Assembly: GCA_963674965.2 (NCBI GenBank)
Contig: CAXXFL010000002.1
Location: forward strand, 512,001 to 576,000
Direction of reading: 5' to 3'
Length of the DNA: 64,000 nt
Origin: a bacterium
GTDB taxonomy: Bacteria; RBG-13-61-14; DATKZS01
Shown one piece after another: positions 1-10,199 of the stretch (the first letter of the stretch is position 1; each line of letters opens with the position of its first letter). The position numbers and the translations under genes were made by a program. The notes beneath the pieces were generated by a model. It searched no databases. It saw only the letters and a program-made list of their open reading frames with translations, and was not told the origin of the DNA.

Positions 1-1
1 A

Positions 2-232
2 ATACTGGAGAAAACCTTCGACCTCAAATGGATTATTGACGACTTCGACTTGGACGTCGATATCCAGATCGACGGCGGAGTAAAAATCGACAACATCCGG
101 GACTTGGCGGGGGCCGGGGCCAGGATTTTCGTGGCCGGCAGCGCCGTGTTCGGCCAGCCCGACTACGCGGCGGTAATCAGACAAATGAAGGAAAACGCGC
201 GCGCGGGTATCGAGGAGTACCGGATCGATTAG
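2..232 (+). CDS. rpe: Ribulose-phosphate 3-epimerase, C-terminal part (5' truncated by window edge)
   Basis: Motif IQIDGGVK...AGARIFVAGSAVF typical of the Rpe C-terminus; frame open to window start. Confidence 0.9.
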   Translation: MLEKTFDLKWIIDDFDLDVDIQIDGGVKIDNIRDLAGAGARIFVAGSAVFGQPDYAAVIRQMKENARAGIEEYRID

Positions 233-250
233 TAAAGCGGAGGAAGAAAA

Positions 251-1276
251 ATGAAGCTGGCCGATTGCCTGGCCCTTTCCGATCTCGAGTACTTCGAGTT
301 GAATGAAAAAGGAAAGCTCGTTCTCGCCGGCGGCGTGGCGGACAAGATCATCGACTTCCATACCCACGTGGGCATGAACTACCTTTTCGCTCCGCCCGTC
401 GACCTTGACCGTTTCGACGACGAGATCGAGACGTTTTTTCCCTTGCGCGGCAACCCGGTTGACCTTGAGGTCTACTCGGCCCAGAGCTTCACCAAGGAGA
501 ACGCGAGGATCGCGGAAAAGGAGACGGTCAAGCAGGGGCTTTTGAACGGCGGCTTCGCCAGGACCCACACGGCGCGAAACCTTATCGACGAGATGGACAG
601 GATGAACGTGGTCAACTCGGTGATACTGGCCATCGATTTCCCGCTCGGGCCCTTCTCCCGCTCGAGCGAGCTTCACCTCGAGGCGGCGCGGAAATACCCC
701 CGCCTCATACCCTTTATCTCGGTCCATCCCTATGCTCCGGGCATGGAAAAACGCGCGCGGCTTCTGAAGGAGATGGGAGGCGTGGGCATGAAGCTGCACC
801 CGGCCATGGGCCTGTTTCGAGCCAATAACAAGCGGGCCGTAAAGGTCGCCGAACTGTGCGGGAAGCTGAACCTTCCCGTCCTGTGCCATACCGGCGGGTC
901 GGACATCGCGCCCCAATGGCAGCAAGACCTTCCCCACGTGAAGTACTTCTGGGGGCCCGTCGAGGCCATGCCCGAGACGACCTTTATCTTCGGCCACGCG
1001 GGCATCCATTATTACCGGGAGGCCATCGAGCTGGCGCGGGAATTCGACAACGTCCATCTCGAGCTCTCGGGCCAGCCGCCCTCCCGGATACGGGAGATGC
1101 TCGAGGCGGGGATCGAGGACAAGCTCCTTTTCGGCTCGGACTTTCCCTATTACGTTTTGGCCCTGCCCCTGGCCAAGGTCCTCCTGGCCACAAAGGGGGC
1201 GCCCGAGGCGAGAAGGAAATTACTTTACGGGAACGCCGCCCGACTCCTGGATAAATTCGGCATCCACCATGATTAA
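251..1276 (+). CDS. Amidohydrolase family protein (Amidohydro_2-like)
   Basis: IIDFHTH, GMKLHP, VLCHTG, FGHAG, LFGSDFP metal-binding motifs; GGAGG RBS. Confidence 0.85.
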   Translation: MKLADCLALSDLEYFELNEKGKLVLAGGVADKIIDFHTHVGMNYLFAPPVDLDRFDDEIETFFPLRGNPVDLEVYSAQSFTKENARIAEKETVKQGLLNGGFARTHTARNLIDEMDRMNVVNSVILAIDFPLGPFSRSSELHLEAARKYPRLIPFISVHPYAPGMEKRARLLKEMGGVGMKLHPAMGLFRANNKRAVKVAELCGKLNLPVLCHTGGSDIAPQWQQDLPHVKYFWGPVEAMPETTFIFGHAGIHYYREAIELAREFDNVHLELSGQPPSRIREMLEAGIEDKLLFGSDFPYYVLALPLAKVLLATKGAPEARRKLLYGNAARLLDKFGIHHD

Positions 1277-1529
1277 TTGCCAGGGTGGTCCTTGCGGGAT
1301 TGTTTTAAATGGATGAATTACCCAGGGTTCAGGCCGCAAGCGGACCGCGCCCTGGGTTAAATCCTTGCCCTCGAGGCTTCGAACTTCCCGGTGGAAAGGC
1401 CCGCGGGGTTTTTTCAAAATCGACGCTCCCGTCTCTTTCTCTTGAATTTGCGACTGAAAAGGTGTTTTACTTATGTCGGGAATCGTACATCCGTCATAAT
1501 ATTTGCCATGGTCTTTGCGTTTTCGCCTT

Positions 1530-1568
1530 TGATTTGGGGTTGACAAGCCGTGATTTGGGGGGCAAGAT
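1530..1568 (+). promoter_or_regulatory. Putative sigma70 promoter of the mutase cluster, with direct repeat TGATTTGGGG flanking the -35
   Basis: TTGACA (1540-1545), 17 nt, CAAGAT (1563-1568); TGATTTGGGG at 1530-1539 and 1551-1560. Confidence 0.45.
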
Positions 1569-1651
1569 ATAGCGTTAAATATCGATCGTTATCTCGCCGG
1601 GAGGGGCCGGCGATAATCGTGGCGTGAAATCGGGAAGAGAAGGAGTAAAAC

Positions 1652-3316
<1,665 letters not shown>

Positions 3317-3397
3317 TAGGTAATGTAATCCCGGCGGTTTTTTCATATAATGGCGCTCGAGAGGATCAGCGCTCACGGTGAGTGAAAGGAGCTTTTC

Positions 3398-3796
3398 ATG
3401 GACGCGAAAGTAAGAGTTGTGGTGGCCAAGCCCGGTCTCGACGGCCACGACAGGGGGGCCAAGGTCATCGCCCGGGCGCTCCGCGACGCGGGTATGGAGG
3501 TAATATACACCGGCCTTCGGCAGACGCCCGAGCAGATAGTGTCGGCCGTGGTCCAGGAGGACGCCGACGTTTTGGGCCTGTCCATATTGTCCGGGGCCCA
3601 CGACTTCCTCTTTCCCAAGATCGTCGAGCTTTTGAAGAAGGAGGGACGCGAGGACGTTCTCATCCTGGCCGGCGGGATCATCCCGCGCGAGGACGTGGAC
3701 GGGCTCAAGAAGATCGGCATCTCCGAGATTTTCGGTCCCGGGGCCACCACCGACGACATCGTCGAGTATATAAAAAGCAAGGTAACCAAGAATTGA
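3398..3796 (+). CDS. Cobalamin-binding (small) subunit of methylmalonyl-CoA mutase
   Basis: [12 protein letters not shown] (DxHxxG) B12-binding motif; GGIIP. Confidence 0.95.
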   Translation: MDAKVRVVVAKPGLDGHDRGAKVIARALRDAGMEVIYTGLRQTPEQIVSAVVQEDADVLGLSILSGAHDFLFPKIVELLKKEGREDVLILAGGIIPREDVDGLKKIGISEIFGPGATTDDIVEYIKSKVTKN

Positions 3797-3809
3797 CGGA
3801 GGCAATAAA

Positions 3810-4214
3810 ATGAAAATCCTTAAGATCGATCATCTGGGCGTGGCCGTTCCCAACCTGGAGGAGGCCCTTAAATTCTACGAGGGAGTTCTGGGCATCAAGT
3901 CCACCGATTCCGAGATAGTCGAGGAGCAGAAGGTCAAGGTGGCCTTTTTGCCCACGGGCGACTCGGAGATCGAGCTGCTCGAGAGCACGGACCATGACGG
4001 GCCCATCGCCCGGTACATCGACAAGAAAGGCGCGGGCATCCAGCACGTGGCCCTCAGGGTGGACGATATCGAGGCCGCCCTCGAGGAATGCCGGAAGGCC
4101 GGGATCAAGCTGATCGACGAGCAACCCCGTTACGGGGCCGGCGGGGCCAGGATAGCGTTCCTGCATCCCAAGTCCACGGGCGGAGTGCTGCTCGAGCTTT
4201 GCGAAAGGAAGTAA
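3810..4214 (+). CDS. mce: Methylmalonyl-CoA epimerase
   Basis: [34 protein letters not shown]; adjacent to mutase genes. Confidence 0.93.
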   Translation: MKILKIDHLGVAVPNLEEALKFYEGVLGIKSTDSEIVEEQKVKVAFLPTGDSEIELLESTDHDGPIARYIDKKGAGIQHVALRVDDIEAALEECRKAGIKLIDEQPRYGAGGARIAFLHPKSTGGVLLELCERK

Positions 4215-4278
4215 TCGATCGCGTGGTCCCTTTCCCGTGAGCTTCGCGGGATGAAACGAAACCACCAAGGAGGACAAT

Positions 4279-5136
4279 ATGGAGGTCGGCAAAAAGGCCA
4301 TATTAACCGCGGCCGCCGCGTTGATCGCCACCACCGTTCTTTTCGCGGACGGATTTAAGGGTACCGAGAACCTCGCCTTTGACGGAAAGGGGAACCTCTA
4401 CGTCACCGACACCAACAACCTCTGGCGAGTGGACCCGGCCGGCGAGCTCGAGAAAATCTACGACCGGGACGAGGAAAAGGACGCCATCAGCCTGGGCGGC
4501 GTCAGCCTGGGGCCGGAGGGAAGAATCTATTTCTCGACCGGCAACAAAATAATGATTTACGATCCCGCCGACGGCTCGGTCGAGAAGTTCGTGGACGGGT
4601 TCGGGTTCGCCAACGGCAACTGCTTCGACGACTCGGGCAACTTTTATTTCGCCGAGTCGAATAAGAAGGTCATGTACGTCGTTCCCGCCGGGACCAGGGA
4701 GGTAAAGGCCCTCAAGGAGAAGGCCGGCTGGGTCAACGGCGTGGTGTACAGTCGAAACGACAATACGCTTTATTTCACCATAAGCTCTCCCGGCAGGGTG
4801 GGCGGCTACCGATTGGGACCTGGCCCGGTGGTGGAGGAGGAGATCACCGTCGCCAAGTTCCCTTTCGGTGGCCTCGACGACCTTACCATGGACGACTTCG
4901 GCAACTTCTACGTCTGCCTCTGGATGAACAAGAAGATCGTGCGGGTCACGCCCTCCGGTGAAAAGGAACTTTACGTTGACGACGTAGACGGCCCGTCGGC
5001 CGTGGCCTTCGGCCTGGGCGAGGACTCGCGCAAGCTCTTTATCTGCGTCAAGGGAGCCACCATGAAGTTTAAAGGCACCCAGGTGGTATACGCGGAAACG
5101 GACGCCAACGGCTACAAGCTTCCCTTTTTGCCGTAA
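4279..5136 (+). CDS. Secreted SMP-30/gluconolactonase/LRE family beta-propeller protein
   Basis: Signal peptide; ENLAFDGKGNLYVTD, ANGNCFDDSGNFY, DDLTMDDFGNFYV, PSAVAFG blades. Confidence 0.75.
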   Translation: MEVGKKAILTAAAALIATTVLFADGFKGTENLAFDGKGNLYVTDTNNLWRVDPAGELEKIYDRDEEKDAISLGGVSLGPEGRIYFSTGNKIMIYDPADGSVEKFVDGFGFANGNCFDDSGNFYFAESNKKVMYVVPAGTREVKALKEKAGWVNGVVYSRNDNTLYFTISSPGRVGGYRLGPGPVVEEEITVAKFPFGGLDDLTMDDFGNFYVCLWMNKKIVRVTPSGEKELYVDDVDGPSAVAFGLGEDSRKLFICVKGATMKFKGTQVVYAETDANGYKLPFLP

Positions 5137-5178
5137 ACGGCGGGCCGAGGCTGAAAAACAAACGAAGGAGTGGTAATT

Positions 5179-6351
5179 TTGAATATCCATGAATTTCAGG
5201 CCAAGCAGGTATTGGACCATTTTGGAGTTCCGGTCCCCCGCGGGTCCATGACCGAGTCCGTCGAGGGCGCGAAAATTCTGGCCAAAAAGATGTTCGACGA
5301 CGGGGCCAAGGCCGTGGTGGTGAAGGCCCAGATACACGCGGGCGGCCGGGGCAAGGCCGGCGGGGTCAAGGTCTGCAAGGACCTGAAACGGGCGGGAGAG
5401 GCGGCCGGGGATATCCTGGGCAAGACCCTTGTCACGCCCCAGACCGGGCCCGGCGGCAAGCTGGTCAAGAAGCTCCTGGTGGAGGAGGGCACGGCCATAG
5501 CCCGCGAGATGTACGTCTCGGTCATCCTGGACCGGGTGGTCTCGAAGCCGGCCATCATAGTCAGCCAGGCCGGGGGCATGGAGATCGAGGAGGTCGCCAG
5601 GAAGACGCCCGAGAAGATCGTCACCGTCCGCGTCGACCCGGTGGCCGGCCTGCGCGATTACCAGCTTCGCGAGCTTAACTCGGCGCTGGGACTTAGCGGC
5701 GGCCTGGCCAAACAGGGCGGCGAGTTCTTCCTGAACCTCTTCCAGACCTTCATGGAAATGGACTGCTCCCAGGTCGAGATCAACCCCCTGGTGGTTACGG
5801 AGGATGAAAACCTCATCGCCCTTGACGCCAAGCTCAATTTCGACGACACGGCCCTTTTCCGTCATCAGGACATAGCGGACCTCCGCGACCTGGACGAGGA
5901 GGACCCCCTCGAGGTCGAGGCCGGAAAATTCAACCTCAACTATATCAAGCTCGACGGCAACGTGGGCTGCATGGTCAACGGGGCAGGCCTGGCCATGGCC
6001 ACCATGGACATGATCCAGACCGTGGGCCTTATGCCCGCCAACTTCCTGGACGTGGGGGGAGGGGCCAGCCAGGAGATGATCGAGAACGCCTTCCGCATAC
6101 TCCTTAGCGACGAGAACGTAAAGGGCGTGTTGATCAACATCTTCGGTGGCATCCTCCGTTGCGACGTCCTGGCCAACGGCATCGTGGCCGCGGCCAAGAA
6201 CCTCGATCTTAAAGTGCCCATGGTCATCAGGCTGGAGGGGACCAACGTCGAGCAGGGAAGACAAATCCTGGCCGAGAGCGGCCTGGATTTCACGGTGGCG
6301 AAAAACTTCAAGGACGCGGCGGAAAAGCTAAAAAAGGTTATGAAGAACTGA
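5179..6351 (+). CDS. sucC: Succinate-CoA ligase (ADP-forming) beta subunit
   Basis: (M)NIHEFQAK start at TTG after AAGGAG; KAQIHAGGRGKAGGV, VNGAGLAMATMD, ANFLDVGGGA, NIFGGILRCD. Confidence 0.95.
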   Translation: MNIHEFQAKQVLDHFGVPVPRGSMTESVEGAKILAKKMFDDGAKAVVVKAQIHAGGRGKAGGVKVCKDLKRAGEAAGDILGKTLVTPQTGPGGKLVKKLLVEEGTAIAREMYVSVILDRVVSKPAIIVSQAGGMEIEEVARKTPEKIVTVRVDPVAGLRDYQLRELNSALGLSGGLAKQGGEFFLNLFQTFMEMDCSQVEINPLVVTEDENLIALDAKLNFDDTALFRHQDIADLRDLDEEDPLEVEAGKFNLNYIKLDGNVGCMVNGAGLAMATMDMIQTVGLMPANFLDVGGGASQEMIENAFRILLSDENVKGVLINIFGGILRCDVLANGIVAAAKNLDLKVPMVIRLEGTNVEQGRQILAESGLDFTVAKNFKDAAEKLKKVMKN

Positions 6352-6355
6352 ATGC

Positions 6356-8176
6356 TTACTCGTCCTCGTCGTCGCCCGGGAGAAGTCCTTTCGGCGCCGA
6401 GGTTATTTCCTCCGGCCGGATATTGTAAAGATATATCCTGTAGTTGACAACGGCGTCGGGGGTCCGGCCTCGGAAAAAAGAGTAACATGCCGGGTCCTGG
6501 CCGCGCTTGGGACGCATGAGGTCACCAAGATGAAGAGCGTGCCAGCCCGGTCCCATGGGCTCGCAATCGAACTTGATATAGGGAATTCCGAAGGCGGCCG
6601 GGTCCTGGTTGGCGTGAGGACGGTAATAAATGGAATTTATCTCGTGTTCCTTGCAGTATTTCCCTAAGTCCTTGATGTCCTGACCCCAATCCTCGCCGAC
6701 TATGGAGTAGCGAAGGCCGCCTTCCTCGCCGCCTACGGCCGAGTTGAAGTGAGCCACGTAATAAGGATAGGAATATAAAGCGTTTCCAACGTGAAGGGCA
6801 ATAAGCGCCCAGGCCGCGACGGCAAGATAGCCGCCCCACTTCTTCAAGCTGACCAGTCGAGATATGTAAACGATCAAAAACGGATAAATCGGCAAAACGT
6901 GCCTGATCCCAAGGTTTAAGTTGCTGAGAAACATGAAGAAAAAAAGGACGCCTATAACCATTACCGCCCCCGTGACATAAGCCGCCCGGACCTCGGCCCC
7001 CGGCCTTTGCCAGGCGATTATGGAAAGAGCCAGAAGGGCCAGAAAAGCCAGCGGCTCCTTCATTAAAAATAAGAGGGGATAGTAGTACCAGGACCCTTTT
7101 TCGGAAATCTTGCCCAAGAAATAAAGAGGGTGGCTGTGACGGTGAGTGCGCATTATGGTCTTGGCAAGGCCGTAATAATATGTGCGAGGCGGCAGGGGAA
7201 CGTTTTCCAGCGTCTTGGCCGACAGGGTCTTGACGAAAAGTCCCGGTGAATCGAAAAAGGGCTTGAAATGCCTGTCCTCGAACTTGTGGATGGTCTTGGT
7301 CTCGAACCCGTATCCCGCCCAGATCACCAAGGCCCCCACCATCAGAATGGACGCCCAGCCGCCGAAACCGGTCAGGAAATCTTTTTCGCGGGGATCGAGG
7401 GCGAACATGCCCTTGATCCTGGCAAGAGCCGACCCTTGCTTGCATAAAAGGAAAATCACCGGGATAAGCGGCATGAGCAGGATGGCGGTAAACTTGGAAA
7501 GCTGCGCCAGGCCGTAGACCGCCCCGCAGACCGCGAGGCTTTTCCAGCTTGGGGTCTTGAGGTGCCAGGCGAGGCACATGGCGAAGAGCATGAAAAAAAG
7601 CGCGCACCCCAGGTCGGTGGTGCTTACCCGCGAGTGGGCGATGATGGTAGGAGACCCGCAGTATAAAAGAAGGGCCGCGAAACCGGCGGCCTCGCCGAAA
7701 AGCTTTTGGGCCGAGAAGTAAACTAAAAAGCCCAGGACCAGGCTCATAAGCATGATCGGAATTCTGCACCAGAATATTATGGCCCGCGGGTCGGGATTTA
7801 GAATCCAGAGGAAAAGCTTGGAGAACTTGGATTTGCGATACCCGGCGGGCATGTCCGGAGAGCGCCAGGACACGTCGTTAAAAGGGAGTCTCAGCTCGTC
7901 GAAAAAAAGAAGGGGCAGGGCCGAGGCCAGGTTGATCAGGGGAGGATGGGCCACGCTCATCCTGAAATCTCCCGAGAAGAGGGCCGAGGCCCCGCGCGAT
8001 ATATGAAAGGGCTCGTCCGATACCATGGATATGCGGTTGGCCGATCCAAGTAATAGTATGAAATAAAGGGCGAGAATGGTGAAGACGAGTCCCAGCCTTA
8101 TCAGGGAAGAGCGTTTCGAGCCGCCGCTTTTTTCTTCTGGAAGGGACCCTTGCAACATGGCTCGGTAGTAGACCAT
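6356..8176 (-). CDS. Multi-pass membrane glycosyltransferase (GT-C; ArnT/PMT_2-like)
   Basis: DEPFH loop, HPPL motif, STTD, LSKFTA, GIRHVLP, DWGQD; many TM segments. Confidence 0.8.
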   Translation of the reverse strand: MVYYRAMLQGSLPEEKSGGSKRSSLIRLGLVFTILALYFILLLGSANRISMVSDEPFHISRGASALFSGDFRMSVAHPPLINLASALPLLFFDELRLPFNDVSWRSPDMPAGYRKSKFSKLFLWILNPDPRAIIFWCRIPIMLMSLVLGFLVYFSAQKLFGEAAGFAALLLYCGSPTIIAHSRVSTTDLGCALFFMLFAMCLAWHLKTPSWKSLAVCGAVYGLAQLSKFTAILLMPLIPVIFLLCKQGSALARIKGMFALDPREKDFLTGFGGWASILMVGALVIWAGYGFETKTIHKFEDRHFKPFFDSPGLFVKTLSAKTLENVPLPPRTYYYGLAKTIMRTHRHSHPLYFLGKISEKGSWYYYPLLFLMKEPLAFLALLALSIIAWQRPGAEVRAAYVTGAVMVIGVLFFFMFLSNLNLGIRHVLPIYPFLIVYISRLVSLKKWGGYLAVAAWALIALHVGNALYSYPYYVAHFNSAVGGEEGGLRYSIVGEDWGQDIKDLGKYCKEHEINSIYYRPHANQDPAAFGIPYIKFDCEPMGPGWHALHLGDLMRPKRGQDPACYSFFRGRTPDAVVNYRIYLYNIRPEEITSAPKGLLPGDDEDE

Positions 8177-8314
8177 AAGGAACGGAGCGGTGCAAACCGT
8201 CCGCGTTCCTTCGCGATGGCTGTTTCCCGGCCCTTGTCCCTCCGTCCGGCGAAGGGCGCCGCACCTTAATCGCCGTTTTTAAAAAAGAAAAAACTCCAAT
8301 CAAGAGGCGCTCGG

Positions 8315-8343
8315 TTGACATGCGGCGTCAGCGGAACTAATCT
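8315..8343 (+). promoter_or_regulatory. Putative sigma70 promoter of the SpoIVB-peptidase operon
   Basis: TTGACA (8315-8320), 17 nt, TAATCT (8338-8343), about 80 nt upstream of the start. Confidence 0.55.
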
Positions 8344-8423
8344 AAGGGCTTGTATTGAAACGGCTCGCTTAAAAAACGTTTGATATTGGCAACGGGTCTG
8401 GCCTGAAAAGGAGAGTTTCATTC

Positions 8424-10199
8424 ATGAAGTCCTATGGACGGGCGACCGCTCGGGCGGTCTTTTGCCTGGTTTTCGTTGTAACTGTTATGGCCGTCGCTGG
8501 TTGGAGGGCCGAGTCCGGCTCGGGGCCGCCGCGGGTGGAGATAATCAATCCCGAGGACGTAAGGCCGGGCATGAAGGGATACGGCCTGAGCGTTTTCAGC
8601 GGGAGCGAGATAAAGCGCTTCGAGGTCGAGGTGGTTGACGTGGTGCCCAACTCGTTGCCCAAGCAGGACCTCATTTACGTGATGTGCTCGGGACAGGACC
8701 TGGAGAAATCCATGATCATCGCCGGCATGAGCGGCAGTCCCGTCTGGATCGAGGGCAAGCTGGCGGGGGCCGTGGCCTACGGCTACCAGTATTCGCTCGA
8801 TCCCCTGGCCGGCGTGACTCCCATCCGCAACATGCTTCAGGCCATGGACTCGACCGGCGACATACGGCCGGGAACGGCCTATGTTCCGTCTCCCTCGTGG
8901 ACCGGACTTCTGGCGGCGGCGGGGGGCGAGGACCGGGTCATGCGAAGAATATCCACTCCCCTTATCACCTCCGGATTCAGCGACGCGGGCATGGCCGAGG
9001 TGGAAAAAACCTTCGGCGAGTACGGACTCATGCCCCTGGCAGGAGGAGGCATGTCCTCCACCGACCTTGACTACGACGCCATGGACGAGATGCGGCCCGG
9101 GGCCCCGGTGGGCGCGGCCATGCTGACGGGCGACCTTTCCATGACCGCCATCGGCACCCTGACCTGGCGGGAGGGAGACAAGGTCGTCGGGTTCGGACAT
9201 CCCTTCTTGATGGGGGGACCCGTGTCCATGCCCCTGGTATCGGCCGAGATACACACGGTCGTCAACACCCAAAGGGTCAGCTTCAAGCTCGGCTCGCCCA
9301 CGGCGGTGGTGGGTGAACTGGTCCTGGACGAGCAGTCGTGCATCGTGGGCCACCTGGGCAAAAAACCCGAGATGATTCCCATCCGAGTGCGAGTAAAAAG
9401 AAAGCTCACGGGATTTGACGACGAGTTCCATTACGACTCGGCCGCCATACCCAAGCTGACCCCCGCCCTCCTCAACATAGCGGTCATGGAGAGCGTGCGC
9501 TCGGCGGCCCCCTCCATAGACAGTTCCTCCGCTCGAGCCCACACCACGCTCACCCTGGACAAGTACGGCAAGGTCGAGTACGAGGACCTGTACGCCATCA
9601 TGGAGGGCACCATCTCGAAGGGCTTCATGGAGCCGGTGGCCTTTTTCGCCTGGAACCCCTTCGAGATAGTCAAGATAAAGGCCATGGACATTGACGTGGA
9701 CGTCACCGACGAGTTGAATATCGCCTTTATCGACTCGGTCTGGACGGAGACGGACGAGGTCGATCCCGGCGAGAAGCTTCGCGTGTCCGTGGGCATAAGG
9801 CCCTTTGGCCGCGGACTCGAGGCCTATCATTTCGACGTGGACGTGCCCGACGACCCTTCCCTTCGCAAGTTGAGCATGAAGGTCACCGGGGGAAGCAGGA
9901 CCATTCCCGACGCCGCACCCCCCCGGGGCGTGGCCAACATGATCGATCTCATGGGCAAGGTCATCCCAAGCGATCATCTGGTGATCAGCTACAGGACGCC
10001 CGAGTCGGGTGTGGATATCGACGGAACGCGCATGAAAAACCTTCCGCCAAGCGTGAGCTCGGCGTTCCAGCCCAAGAACTCGGTCAACGCGAGACCCGTG
10101 TCGGACATGGTGATGCTGTCGGAAAAAACCCCTTACGTGATTATTGGGTCCACCGGGATCTCACTGGATATCAACAACGGCAAAAAGAAGAAGAGGTGA
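8424..10199 (+). CDS. Secreted SpoIVB peptidase S55 domain protein
   Basis: Signal peptide; GMKGYGLSVFSG, IIAGMSGSPVWIEGKLAGAVAY (catalytic Ser motif), AIGTLT, GFGHPF. Confidence 0.85.
   Translation: MKSYGRATARAVFCLVFVVTVMAVAGWRAESGSGPPRVEIINPEDVRPGMKGYGLSVFSGSEIKRFEVEVVDVVPNSLPKQDLIYVMCSGQDLEKSMIIAGMSGSPVWIEGKLAGAVAYGYQYSLDPLAGVTPIRNMLQAMDSTGDIRPGTAYVPSPSWTGLLAAAGGEDRVMRRISTPLITSGFSDAGMAEVEKTFGEYGLMPLAGGGMSSTDLDYDAMDEMRPGAPVGAAMLTGDLSMTAIGTLTWREGDKVVGFGHPFLMGGPVSMPLVSAEIHTVVNTQRVSFKLGSPTAVVGELVLDEQSCIVGHLGKKPEMIPIRVRVKRKLTGFDDEFHYDSAAIPKLTPALLNIAVMESVRSAAPSIDSSSARAHTTLTLDKYGKVEYEDLYAIMEGTISKGFMEPVAFFAWNPFEIVKIKAMDIDVDVTDELNIAFIDSVWTETDEVDPGEKLRVSVGIRPFGRGLEAYHFDVDVPDDPSLRKLSMKVTGGSRTIPDAAPPRGVANMIDLMGKVIPSDHLVISYRTPESGVDIDGTRMKNLPPSVSSAFQPKNSVNARPVSDMVMLSEKTPYVIIGSTGISLDINNGKKKKR

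Noticed and set aside
1380-1650. Cobalamin riboswitch upstream of the mutase
   Set aside because: A CCGGTGGAAA fragment is present, but the AGGGAA and GCCCCCGCAACTGT/B12-box elements are not.
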